Assembly: GCA_000091165.1 (NCBI GenBank)
Contig: FP565575.1
Span: 780,001-812,000, forward strand
Source of the DNA: Candidatus Methylomirabilis oxygeniifera
GTDB taxonomy: Bacteria; Methylomirabilota; Methylomirabilia; Methylomirabilales; Methylomirabilaceae
Length of the DNA stretch: 32,000 nucleotides
Direction of reading: 5' to 3'
Shown: piece by piece, positions 1 through 9,170 of the stretch
Layout: every line of letters begins with the position of its first letter
How positions within the stretch are numbered: the first letter of the stretch is position 1
Translations under genes and position numbers: made by a program
Notes under the pieces: generated by a model
The model's input: the letters and a program-made list of their open reading frames with translations, nothing else
The model's database searches: none
Told to the model about the DNA's origin: nothing

Positions 1-1
1 A

Positions 2-385
2 ACCTGGACCGACGGGAGTCCGGCCATTGCCATGTTTCGGGTCGGCCAAGCCTGTGAACTGCACGCGGAATTCGCCATGCATCCGTTTGTGCCCGATAAA
101 AGCCGCGAAATATCGGTAGATGTTACGGTCAATGGTCTGCTGCTGGATACCTGGGTCTTCCGCGGACCCGACAGTATCGAGTCGCGAATGCGTTGCGTGC
201 GCATTCCCGAGGAGGTCATCGGCGAGGACGGCGCAATCTGGTTGGCGTTTACCATCAAGAACTCTCGCTCACCAAAGCAGCTCGGCTTGTCGGACCTGGA
301 TCCGCGTTCGCTCGGAATCGGATTGCGTGAGGTGACGCTGCGAGCGTGGAATGCGTCCATGACCGCGAAATGTTGTGTGCATTAA
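2..385 (+). CDS. 3' end of a CDS truncated by the window edge; C-terminal beta-rich accessory domain of a surface-polysaccharide protein (DUF7024-like)
   Basis: The frame of the 32..385 ORF is open back to base 2 (TWTDGSPAIAMFRVGQACELHAEF...). The texture resembles the C-terminal domains of the ORFs ending at 9072 and 13259: DG near the start, 'VTVNGLLLDTWVF', 'NSRSPKQLGLSDLDPRSLGIGLREV'. Confidence 0.6.
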   Translation, partial: TWTDGSPAIAMFRVGQACELHAEFAMHPFVPDKSREISVDVTVNGLLLDTWVFRGPDSIESRMRCVRIPEEVIGEDGAIWLAFTIKNSRSPKQLGLSDLDPRSLGIGLREVTLRAWNASMTAKCCVH

Positions 386-444
386 TTGAGTGTACAAGCA
401 CGTATGGTTTTGGCAGGGGCGAATTCTGTTTCGGAGATTGAGCG

Positions 445-1686
445 ATGACTGACCCATTGCCAGACGAGCTATCGGAAGCCGAACGGGCCCGGCGCGCCTT
501 GATCCAATGGTCTCTGGACAAGAGCCACGTGAGACTCGGTAATATGGCCCGCTGGCACAAAGGGACGACTTATCGTCGCATGCCAGACAAGACACAACTA
601 AGCGCCATGGGCATGGATGCGCTGGGCGACGGCTGGTTGCCGGCCGAACCGCTGATTACCCCGGAGACGCGCGTGCTGGCGATCGGCAGTTGCTTCGCGC
701 GATATTTTATCCTCTGGCTTGCAGAACACGGCTTCAACAAAGCGGCCCCACAGTCGCCCTACAATGCGTTGCTGCGGTTTGGCTCCGATTTTGTAAGCCC
801 CGCCGTGGTTGCTCAGCAATTCCGCTGGGCGTTCGACGAACTGGATGACAAGGACGTTCTTTGGATCGGCAAGGATAAGAATATATTTGAGGCGACCGAG
901 GAGCGGCGCCAACTGGTGCGGGATACCTTGTTAGGGACCGAGGTTCTGCTTCTCACCTTGGGGCTGTCGGAGGTCTGGTACGACCGTGTTACAGGCGAAC
1001 CCTTGTGGCGGGCGCTTACGGAGGATCAGTTCGATCCCGAGCGCCATATCTTCCGGGTAGAGACGATGGCGCAAACGCTGCATTATTTGGAGACGATCGA
1101 GCGCTTGCGCGCGCAACACGTCCCAAACATGACGATCATATATACCGTCTCGCCGATTCGTCTCGCGGCGACGTTTCGGCCGGTATCCGCGTTGACCGCT
1201 AGCAGCGCCTCGAAGGCGATTGTGCGCGCGGCCCTGGACGAATTTCTGCGCAATCACCAGGACGGCTTACACCGAAACCTGTTCTATTTTCCGAGCTACG
1301 AACTCGTGACCGAATATTTTGTCGACCCCTACGAACATGATAATCGTCACATTTCGTCTACAGTGGCGGCAGGCATCATCCGTTACTTTGTCGCACACTA
1401 CTGTTCGGCTGACATGATCGAGCGTTCCGGGCGATCTTTGAATGATCTTGAGGGTGCAGGGCAGGATCTGGAGCGGTTCATTCAACAATCAAGAATTGCT
1501 GGTACCGACCCGCGGTCTGGCGAACTACTGGCTCGCATCGCCGAATTAGAGGGTAAGGTGGTCGACCTGCAGAAAATCTGCGATGAGCGGCAGGAAGTCA
1601 TCGTGGGTCTCGATCAGGCGGCGCGGGAACGGCTGGATCTCATTCACCGTCTCGACGCCGAGGTCAAGCGGATTCAAGGGCGGTGA
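445..1686 (+). CDS. GSCFA-family protein with C-terminal coiled coil
   Basis: 413 aa; 'VLAIGSCFARYFILWLAEHGFN' plus 'LLTLGLSEVWYDRVTGEPLW' are GSCFA-type motifs; heptad-like C-terminus. Confidence 0.85.
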   Translation: MTDPLPDELSEAERARRALIQWSLDKSHVRLGNMARWHKGTTYRRMPDKTQLSAMGMDALGDGWLPAEPLITPETRVLAIGSCFARYFILWLAEHGFNKAAPQSPYNALLRFGSDFVSPAVVAQQFRWAFDELDDKDVLWIGKDKNIFEATEERRQLVRDTLLGTEVLLLTLGLSEVWYDRVTGEPLWRALTEDQFDPERHIFRVETMAQTLHYLETIERLRAQHVPNMTIIYTVSPIRLAATFRPVSALTASSASKAIVRAALDEFLRNHQDGLHRNLFYFPSYELVTEYFVDPYEHDNRHISSTVAAGIIRYFVAHYCSADMIERSGRSLNDLEGAGQDLERFIQQSRIAGTDPRSGELLARIAELEGKVVDLQKICDERQEVIVGLDQAARERLDLIHRLDAEVKRIQGR

Positions 1687-1886
1687 CGGATGCATTCTTG
1701 GTGTGCTATGCTTATTTGCCGAATATCATTCGCGCTGGCCGGCTTCCTCGGTATGCGATGGTGGCGTGGTAACTCCCGCTCTGGCAATGATCGAGCCGGC
1801 TTTTCCATCTTTTATCAATTTTCGGCTGCTTATGTAGGTGCCATTGTGGTCATGCCCCGCAATCCATTAGAAGCGCCCGATAGAAG

Positions 1887-3224
1887 ATGAGCCCCGAGTT
1901 CATGTCAGTCGAGTTTCCGTGGAGCGTCGCACGGGATGCGGGGGTCGACATCGCGCTCAAGAAACCGTGGCTCGTCGGATCCAACCACCACTTTCTGCGT
2001 TTCGACTTCTACCCGCTTTTGTCCCCGTCGCACCCGAGCCGGCATCTGGCCTACTTCGACCTGCCTTTGGCAGACCTGGGCGGCCAGAACCTCCGGGCGA
2101 CCTTGTCGGGGAAGGTGTTGATTGTCAGCGACGCGATCCGATCGCACGCGGTCGGCGCAGTGTGGCTCGGGTCCCTGCCCTTCGCCGGCTACTGTCGGCT
2201 GACAGTGTCTCTCTGGAGCACTGAAGGTAACGCGCCCCGACAGATCGAGGCGATCATATCGGGGCCCATGATACTGTCCAGAGACGCGGACATGCCCTTG
2301 GAACGGATCATGGTGGCCATCACCCAGCGTTGCAACCTGAGTTGCCAGATGTGCACGCGGCAACAGGGAGCCGATTTCGATCAGACCGACATCCCATCCG
2401 ATGTCCTGGCGGCGCTGCTCGATGCGGCGTCCGAGTCGGTCTACGTCGGCCTGCAGGGGTTGGGCGAACCGCTTATGCACCGCGGTCTGTCCGGAATCGT
2501 CAGATCATTTCGCGCCCGGATACCCTCCGTCGGTCGTATCGCGCTCACCACCAACGGCACGGCATTGACCCGCGACCGCTCGGCACAACTGATTGCGGAA
2601 GGGCTGAACAGCATTACCGTGTCGATGGACGGCGCGACAAAGGCGAGCTATGAAGCGCGTCGAACCGGCGCCGACTTCGATCTGGTGATCAGGAATATTG
2701 CTGCTGCCGCCTCCTGCGTCCGAACGAGCGGCCGAGACGACGTCTGGATTGCCGCCAACTACATCATGGATCCGGGCAATCTGGCCGAGGTACCAGACTT
2801 CGTGCGACTCGCGGCCTCTCTCGGCCTGTGTGCGGTAAGTTTTTTCCACGGCCGCCTATATCCCGACATGCGGCTTGCCCCGCTGGATGTGCACGAGCTT
2901 TCTAAAATTCGGGTCGAAGCCCAGCGGGTCGGCGTGGACACCGGTGTAAATGTTCGCTTCGCGCGCTCCCGATCGACGCCGCCACCGCAGTGCCCGTTCA
3001 TGAACAGCGCCTATCTGTGGCTCACCGGCGAAGTCGTCGCCTGCGATCGAATGGAACCGCCCGGTCGACCATGGCCGACCCGTATCTTTGGCAACGTCCG
3101 CGAATCGCCGCTCGCTGAGATCTGGAACCGTCCCGAGTACCGGGCGTTCCGACAGGGAGTACTTTCGGAAAACCTGCCAGACGAATGCCGCGGCTGCACC
3201 TTCTGCGACAGTGTGGTCTGTTGA
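1887..3224 (+). CDS. radical SAM/SPASM domain protein with N-terminal beta-rich extension
   Basis: 445 aa; 'TQRCNLSCQMCTR' (CxxxCxxC); C-terminal cysteine cluster 'CPFMNSAYLWLTGEVVACDR...CRGCTFCDSVVC'. Confidence 0.88.
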   Translation: MSPEFMSVEFPWSVARDAGVDIALKKPWLVGSNHHFLRFDFYPLLSPSHPSRHLAYFDLPLADLGGQNLRATLSGKVLIVSDAIRSHAVGAVWLGSLPFAGYCRLTVSLWSTEGNAPRQIEAIISGPMILSRDADMPLERIMVAITQRCNLSCQMCTRQQGADFDQTDIPSDVLAALLDAASESVYVGLQGLGEPLMHRGLSGIVRSFRARIPSVGRIALTTNGTALTRDRSAQLIAEGLNSITVSMDGATKASYEARRTGADFDLVIRNIAAAASCVRTSGRDDVWIAANYIMDPGNLAEVPDFVRLAASLGLCAVSFFHGRLYPDMRLAPLDVHELSKIRVEAQRVGVDTGVNVRFARSRSTPPPQCPFMNSAYLWLTGEVVACDRMEPPGRPWPTRIFGNVRESPLAEIWNRPEYRAFRQGVLSENLPDECRGCTFCDSVVC

Positions 3225-3229
3225 AACGT

Positions 3230-3259
3230 CGAGCCCGAGCACCGCGATGCTTGGGCTCG
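3230..3259 (+). terminator. possible intrinsic terminator hairpin after the radical SAM CDS
   Basis: 12-bp stem cgagcccgagca/tgcttgggctcg (one G-U), 6-nt loop ccgcga, starting about 5 bp after the stop codon. No strong T-tract follows. Confidence 0.45.
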
Positions 3260-3365
3260 TTGACCTCGCCTTTATACCCAACCATCATGGGAAGCCTACA
3301 AACGAAAGATTGGTGGGCAGTAGCCGGTCGAGTACGTCGCAGAGCATGCGGCCGTATCCGGACCG

Positions 3366-3833
3366 GTGCTGCCCGAGCTATACCACTACAGGTTCGACGA
3401 GATTCCTGAGGAACGGCTCATCGGCTTTCACGCCTTGGAACAATGGAAGGAGGAATCGTTTCGCTGGTCCGGCCCGGTGGCGACGGTTCGTGCGAGTCTC
3501 CTGAAGGCCTCGTACGAGGTCCGGATCGATACCCGATCCCTGCGAAGGGCTCCTGTCCCGCTCTGTCTTGGTGTGTTCTTTAACCGTTACGAGCTACCCG
3601 CGTCATCCGTTCGGTTCAAAGACGGCGTCGTATCGTTTTTGATTCAACCGTCTCTGTTTGTGGACGGTCTCGGGCAAGGACTGATCCTGACCTGCAATCC
3701 CGTGCGGCCATTGGAGTTCGGGGTACCGGATCATCGCGATCTGGGTCTGCCGATCTTCTCGATCGTTTTTCAGCAAGTCGACGAGGAAATCGAGGATGGC
3801 AGCCACGCGGCAAGTCAAGAACGTCGTATGTGA
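3366..3833 (+). CDS. small conserved-type surface-polysaccharide accessory domain protein ('GFHxLExW...FRWSGP' motif), possibly a fragment
   Basis: 155 aa ORF, GTG start; 'LIGFHALEQWKEESFRWSGPVATVRASL' resembles domains fused to glycosyltransferases and methyltransferases in polysaccharide clusters. Confidence 0.5.
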   Translation: MLPELYHYRFDEIPEERLIGFHALEQWKEESFRWSGPVATVRASLLKASYEVRIDTRSLRRAPVPLCLGVFFNRYELPASSVRFKDGVVSFLIQPSLFVDGLGQGLILTCNPVRPLEFGVPDHRDLGLPIFSIVFQQVDEEIEDGSHAASQERRM

Positions 3834-4005
3834 GAGAGTAGGTTATTATAGCTAATGCTATCGCATATACGTAGCAACGATATAATCGTGATATATACGG
3901 TGGTAATGCGATAAAAACAGGTATCAATGATAAAAGGCGCAGTACGTCAGTGTCACCGAGCAACAGAGAAATTCGACTTGACTCCCTACTCCGTTTCCAA
4001 GAGAA

Positions 4006-4014
4006 TGCTATAAT
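4006..4014 (+). promoter_or_regulatory. possible extended -10 promoter element (TGcTATAAT)
   Basis: Exact TGnTATAAT at 4006-4014 with no good -35 at 17 bp; upstream of the fcl-like fragment and hicBA. Confidence 0.3.
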
Positions 4015-4031
4015 ATCGGGGGGATAGGTAA

Positions 4032-4313
<282 letters not shown>

Positions 4314-4424
4314 GTGGTCTTCGGCAGCTCAACGAAGCCGCCCTGGAGCGTCTCGTTGCTGTGAGTCGCCTGGGGATGGGCGGAAGGCTGCGGCTCAGTT
4401 GAGCTTTGGTGAAGGAGAGATGGT

Positions 4425-4670
4425 ATGCTTGCCGAGTATATCGATAAGGCGATGGAACAAGCTGTGTACGAGATCATCGAGGATGAGCGAACCTACTGGG
4501 GCGAGATTCCTGGTCTTCAAGGCGTGTGGGCACGTCATGCCACCTTGGAGGGATGCCGGCGTGAACTCCGCGAGACCGTGAGCGACTGGATTGCCTTGCG
4601 TTTGAGACTGGGTCTGCCGATTCCCGTCTTGGCCGGCATTGATTTGAATCAAATAACACAAGCTGCGTGA
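4425..4670 (+). CDS. hicB: HicB-like antitoxin
   Basis: 81 aa; 'DERTYWGEIPGLQGVWARHATLEGCRRELRETVSDWIALRLRLGLPIP' is HicB-type; directly abuts hicA. Confidence 0.8.
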   Translation: MLAEYIDKAMEQAVYEIIEDERTYWGEIPGLQGVWARHATLEGCRRELRETVSDWIALRLRLGLPIPVLAGIDLNQITQAA

Positions 4671-4898
4671 GTGTCGCCAATGCCCCCGTTGGCGCCCGTC
4701 TCCTGGCGCGAACTGGTGAAACGGTTTCGGGAACTCGGTTTTGAAGGGCCGTATGCCGGTGGACGGCATCCCCAAATGCGACGGGTGGATGTGACCGTGG
4801 TTATCCCAAATCAACACGAAGGCGATATCGGCGTGGGGCTCTTGCAACGCATACTCCGTCAAGCTGGAGTATCCCGAGACGAGTGGCTAGGGCAATGA
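4671..4898 (+). CDS. hicA: HicA-like mRNA interferase toxin (start may be ATG at 4680)
   Basis: 75 aa; 'SWRELVKRFRELGFEGPYAGGRHPQM...VVIPNQHEGDIGVGLLQRILRQAGVSRDEW' is HicA-type with the GGRH histidine. Confidence 0.85.
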   Translation: MSPMPPLAPVSWRELVKRFRELGFEGPYAGGRHPQMRRVDVTVVIPNQHEGDIGVGLLQRILRQAGVSRDEWLGQ

Positions 4899-5059
4899 GC
4901 GTATTGCTCGACAACGCTGCTTCAGATGTGACCATCCCTCCGGCTGCGGTTGTCGGCGGGATCGGGGCCGAACGCGAGTTCGGGTTCAAGGCTGCGACGT
5001 CGTTCGAGGTGGGATTGCGAAAAACCATTGAGTGGTATAAGGGCGCTCTCCCTTCATAA
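4895..5059 (+). pseudogene. second C-terminal remnant of an fcl/epimerase-like gene
   Basis: 54-codon frame ending '[31 protein letters not shown]', aligning with '[27 protein letters not shown]' in the 4056..4313 remnant. Confidence 0.6.
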
Positions 5060-5215
5060 GTCAGACAACGCAATCATGTGGAACCGTACGATTGCGAGGG
5101 CCCGGACGAGTACAGACTCGATCCACAAAACGAAGGGATTCCTTACTCCTGGGTGCCACGGGACCGATAACGGGTCCAGGTGACCTGTTCGGTCGAGTAA
5201 GGCAGGAAATCATCC

Positions 5216-6172
5216 ATGTCAAGCGACCAACCGCTCGTAACAATCGTTCTCCCGGCTCACAACCGGAGTAATGTCCTGGCATACGCCATTCGCTCGGTCC
5301 TCTACCAGACCTATCCGAACTTCGAGCTGATCGTTGCTGGGGACGGCTGCACCGACGATACCGCGGCCGTTGTTGAAGGATTCAAGGACTCACGGATTAC
5401 CTGGCTCGACCTTCCCAAGGGGTTCGGCTATGGGTATGAAAACCGAAACCGCGCATTGGAACGCGCCAGGGGTGAGTTGATCGCCTATCAGACGCACGAT
5501 GACCTCTGGTTCCCCGACCACCTGTCGTTGCTCGTTACGACCATCCTACGAGATGAGGGTGAGGTTGTGTATTCTCTTCCGATCCATGTTCTGCAGGATG
5601 GGACGGTATTTCAGCATCCATGCGACGTGCGACTTCCCTACTATCGGGAGATGCTGCTCAACGGAGATAATCGCATCGCGAGTATCAACCTCATGCACAG
5701 GCTGAGTGTCGTACGCGACGTGGGTGGCTGGGACGGACGACTCGCACGAAACGGCGTAATGGAGTACTGGCAGCGAATGCTCAAGATGGGAAAGAAGTTC
5801 TCCTACGTCCCAGTCCCAACGGCCTTGGGCTTCTTTGCCTCTCTTCGACCTCATGCGTATCGGGATCGCGATGAGCACGAACAGCGGGCCTACTACGAGC
5901 AGATCGTGGCCGACCCCGGTTGGGTGCACAACTTTCGACAACGGATGGCGGGAGATCTGGGGCGGAGATTTATGGAGCAGGAGGCCAATCTGGCGGCGCG
6001 ACTGGCCGTAATTAACGAATTGACGACTGCCGTACGCGCCTTCGAAGTAGACCGCACGGCGTTACTGAATAGATTAGCTCAGCTTGAGAACAGTGTGCCC
6101 TTCAGGCCCTTCGAATTGTTCCGGAACGTGGCTCGGCGCCTGGCGAATAGGCGTCAGGAGACAACAGGATAG
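5216..6172 (+). CDS. family 2 glycosyltransferase
   Basis: 318 aa; '[42 protein letters not shown]' N-terminus typical of GT2. Confidence 0.9.
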   Translation: MSSDQPLVTIVLPAHNRSNVLAYAIRSVLYQTYPNFELIVAGDGCTDDTAAVVEGFKDSRITWLDLPKGFGYGYENRNRALERARGELIAYQTHDDLWFPDHLSLLVTTILRDEGEVVYSLPIHVLQDGTVFQHPCDVRLPYYREMLLNGDNRIASINLMHRLSVVRDVGGWDGRLARNGVMEYWQRMLKMGKKFSYVPVPTALGFFASLRPHAYRDRDEHEQRAYYEQIVADPGWVHNFRQRMAGDLGRRFMEQEANLAARLAVINELTTAVRAFEVDRTALLNRLAQLENSVPFRPFELFRNVARRLANRRQETTG

Positions 6173-6225
6173 GCTGGAGGGATGAAGAAAGACCGGATAT
6201 TCGCCGGACTGATTGCGATCAAGCG

Positions 6226-6798
6226 ATGAACGCGAACGGTTACGGGTTCACCTTGTGGTTTACCGGCCTTTCCGGATCGGGCAAGACGACCTTGGCTCGT
6301 CTGGTGGAACGGGAATTGCTGACCAGAAAACTGAAAGTTGAAGTGCTGGATGGCGATGTGGTTCGCCAGAATCTCTCAAAGGGGTTAGGCTTCAGCAAGG
6401 AAGACCGCGATACGAATATCAGGCGGATCGGCTTTGTCTGTAACCTGCTTGGCCGTAATGGGGTCATCGCCATCGCTGCGGCTATATCGCCCTATCGCAC
6501 TGTACGCGACCAGGTCCGCGCCTCTCAAGACAGCGGCCGCTTCGTCGAGGTGTTCCTCGATTGTCCGATCGAGGCGTGTATTCAACGCGATGTCAAGTCG
6601 CTGTATCGGAAAGCCCTCACCGGCCAGGTTGAGAACTTTACCGGAGTATCCGATCCATATGAGCCTCCTGAACACCCCGAGGTTGTTCTCCACACTGACC
6701 AGGAGACCGAGGAGCAGAGTACAGCAAAGATTTTGGCGTGGTTGGAAGAGAGGGGCTATGTGCTACCCAACGTGATGACGGATGCCTCACATCAATAA
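6226..6798 (+). CDS. cysC: adenylylsulfate (APS) kinase
   Basis: 190 aa; '[15 protein letters not shown]' P-loop, '[30 protein letters not shown]', '[14 protein letters not shown]'. Confidence 0.95.
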   Translation: MNANGYGFTLWFTGLSGSGKTTLARLVERELLTRKLKVEVLDGDVVRQNLSKGLGFSKEDRDTNIRRIGFVCNLLGRNGVIAIAAAISPYRTVRDQVRASQDSGRFVEVFLDCPIEACIQRDVKSLYRKALTGQVENFTGVSDPYEPPEHPEVVLHTDQETEEQSTAKILAWLEERGYVLPNVMTDASHQ

Positions 6799-6852
6799 TG
6801 CACTATGTTTTGAAGACTCACAGAATCGCCTTAGGCAGCGAGTGGTATTCTT

Positions 6853-9072
6853 ATGATTCTAGATAAGGAAGAACTCATATTCATACATATTCCACGCACA
6901 GGTGGGACGAGCATAGAGGTAGCACTCGCCGGAAAAGACTGGTGGCTTATTGATCCAGAAACAAAGCATCTCAGCGCAAGTATGTCCAGGAAACTTGTTG
7001 GAGAGAAGAAATGGAGTCGGTACTTTAAGTTCGCAATAGTAAGGAATCCTTTCGATAGAATAATTTCAATGTATGCAACTGGTTGGTGGTGGAAGGCGGG
7101 CTCCAATTTCAATAACACCCGCCCCCCGTCACTCAGAGAGTTCGTTGAAAGGCTTTCTCTGCATCCGTCTGAAAAGTCCAACTCGAAGTTTTACTACCAG
7201 ATTTTGGATGAACAACTGAATTTTGTTGGTAGGTATGAGAGTCTGGAAGTAGATTTCCAGTACATATGCAATCGTGTCGGGTTATCGGTTAAAACGCTGC
7301 CTCACGTTGAAAGAAGAGTAAGAGAGCATTACTCCGTTTACTACGATGAGGAAACGGCTGATAGGGTTGCTCAAATATATAAAACAGATATTGCATTGTA
7401 TGGGTATAGTTTCGATAGAAGATTCAATTTTGATCCAGAGGCAATCAAAAGATTAGGGGCCGTGATCGAACAGCGGGAAGCCCTCGAGGCTGTGACGGCC
7501 GACCGTGATAGTTGGGAGGCCCGCTACCAGGGGCTTGCGACCGAAGCAGAGCGCCGACGGGAGGCGCTGGAGGCTGTGACGGCCGACCGCGATGCCTGGG
7601 AGACCCGCTACCAGGGGCTTGCGACCGAGGCAGAGCGCCGACGGGAAGCCCTCGAGGCTGTGACGGCCGACCGTGATAGTTGGGAGGCCCGCTACCAGGG
7701 GCTTGCGACCGAGGCAGAGCGCCGACGGGAGGCGCTGGAGGCTGTGGCGACACAATTGGATGCGGTGACTCAAAGGTTTTCCTCAACAATTCCGGAAGAG
7801 CCAGGGACATCGGATGAACAGGGTGCGGAAAGTCAACTTGCGCCAAAGCCCGCAGCTCCTCCCTACGCCACTGTGACCCCGGTAGGTCCCCTGGTGTCGA
7901 TTATCACGCCGTCGTATAACCAGGGCCGTTTTATCGAAGAAACCATCCTGAGTGTCCTGACCCAGGATTACCCCAACATTGAGTATATTGTCATGGATGG
8001 CGGCTCAACCGACAACACCTTGGATATCCTGAAGAAGTACGAAGGGCGGCTCACCTGGATCTCCGAGGCTGATCGGGGCCAGTCGCACGCCATCAACAAG
8101 GGCTTCCAAATGGCGAAGGGCGAGGTCCTGGCCTGGCTGAACTCCGATGACACCTACCTTCCGGGAGCGATCAGTAAAGTCGTACAACATCTCCATACCC
8201 ACCCCGAGGCGATGATGGTGTACGGGGAGGGATACCTCATCGACGAGCAGAGCCGTATCACGAGGCGGTTTCCGTATACAGAGGCGTTCAACCTGTGGAA
8301 GCTTATCTATCTGTGGGATAACATTCTTCAGCAGGCGGCTTTCTTTCGACGCCAGGTCTTCGATCGTATCGATCTGCTGGACGAGAACCTTCACTACGGA
8401 ATGGATTGGGATTTGTGGATCAGGATCGGCAAGAAGTTCCGAGTCGATTACATCCCGGAGTATCTGGGCAATCTTCGCGAATACTCGGAAGCCAAGACCT
8501 TTTCCGGGGGCACTACGCGCTTTAATGAGCTGGTATCCTTGATGAGGCGGCATGGGAATCGGCGATTCCCTCCAGGATATTTTACCTATGGCTTCGGTAC
8601 CTACAACAGACGTGTGTTTGGCCGCCTGGCGCATCAATATCCACACGCGTACCGGTTCTTATTTTCGATGCCACGCCTGTTAGGCCAGCGCGTCTGCAGC
8701 CTGATAACACGCTATCTGGTGAACCATTCCCAGGGGTACTACAGTGACGGTTGGGCCTCGCCGAAAGCCCATTTCTCGCTGGCGAATCTCGGCCAGGTGT
8801 CTTCCCTGAGACTTGAGGGCGAACTTCCCAACTTGCGGCCCGACTACCGGACCGCGATCCGCGCCAAGCTCAACGGCCGCCCCATTGGAGATCCGATTAC
8901 CGTCGTTCCGGGAAACTTTACACTGGAATGGGTCATCCCGCAGGAGATGCGATCCTCAGACGTATTTGAGGTGACACTGCTCTCAACTCGCTGGCATCGC
9001 CCCTCACTGACCGGCGCTAATGCCGATCGCCGCAGGTTAGCCTACCGAGTGACGCGGATTTCTGCCGAGTAG
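6853..9072 (+). CDS. multidomain fusion: N-terminal sulfotransferase-like domain, coiled-coil repeats, GT2 domain, C-terminal 'YxDGW' module
   Basis: 739 aa; 'LIFIHIPRTGGTSIEVAL' and 'FAIVRNPFDRIISMY' (5'-PSB and 3'-PB-like sulfotransferase motifs); 28-aa repeats; 'PLVSIITPSYNQGRFIEETILSVLTQDYPNIEYIVMDGGSTDNT' (GT2); 'GYYSDGWASPKAHF'. Confidence 0.88.
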   Translation: MILDKEELIFIHIPRTGGTSIEVALAGKDWWLIDPETKHLSASMSRKLVGEKKWSRYFKFAIVRNPFDRIISMYATGWWWKAGSNFNNTRPPSLREFVERLSLHPSEKSNSKFYYQILDEQLNFVGRYESLEVDFQYICNRVGLSVKTLPHVERRVREHYSVYYDEETADRVAQIYKTDIALYGYSFDRRFNFDPEAIKRLGAVIEQREALEAVTADRDSWEARYQGLATEAERRREALEAVTADRDAWETRYQGLATEAERRREALEAVTADRDSWEARYQGLATEAERRREALEAVATQLDAVTQRFSSTIPEEPGTSDEQGAESQLAPKPAAPPYATVTPVGPLVSIITPSYNQGRFIEETILSVLTQDYPNIEYIVMDGGSTDNTLDILKKYEGRLTWISEADRGQSHAINKGFQMAKGEVLAWLNSDDTYLPGAISKVVQHLHTHPEAMMVYGEGYLIDEQSRITRRFPYTEAFNLWKLIYLWDNILQQAAFFRRQVFDRIDLLDENLHYGMDWDLWIRIGKKFRVDYIPEYLGNLREYSEAKTFSGGTTRFNELVSLMRRHGNRRFPPGYFTYGFGTYNRRVFGRLAHQYPHAYRFLFSMPRLLGQRVCSLITRYLVNHSQGYYSDGWASPKAHFSLANLGQVSSLRLEGELPNLRPDYRTAIRAKLNGRPIGDPITVVPGNFTLEWVIPQEMRSSDVFEVTLLSTRWHRPSLTGANADRRRLAYRVTRISAE
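7477..7747 (+). repeat. in-frame tandem repeat, 84-bp unit (28 aa), about 3.2 copies
   Basis: Units 7477-7560, 7561-7644, 7645-7728, partial 7729-7747; peptide EALEAVTADRDSWEARYQGLATEAERRR. Confidence 0.97.
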
Positions 9073-9170
9073 GCGATTGCTCACACGGCGCATTGCTATG
9101 AACGAGTCCGGAAGCAATTCGGCGGGAGACGCACGCCGCAGCACTGCGAGCGGAAACGAGCCAAAGAGAG

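Noticed and set aside
1690-1890. 66-aa plus-strand ORF between the GSCFA and radical SAM genes
   Set aside because: No motif, weak start context and overlap with the next gene start; most likely intergenic.
7477-7747. CRISPR array interpretation of the regular repeats
   Set aside because: The repeats are contiguous, in frame, 84 bp long and spacer-less, and encode a coiled coil.
7445-7846. Minus-strand 133-aa (and 7453..7773, 106-aa) proline/glycine-rich repeat ORFs
   Set aside because: Antisense shadow of the 84-bp coiled-coil repeat in the 6853..9072 CDS; the periodicity is inherited and no independent coding evidence exists.
8005-8646. 213-aa minus-strand ORF
   Set aside because: Entirely antisense to the GT2 domain of the fusion gene; composition-driven open frame with no recognisable motif.
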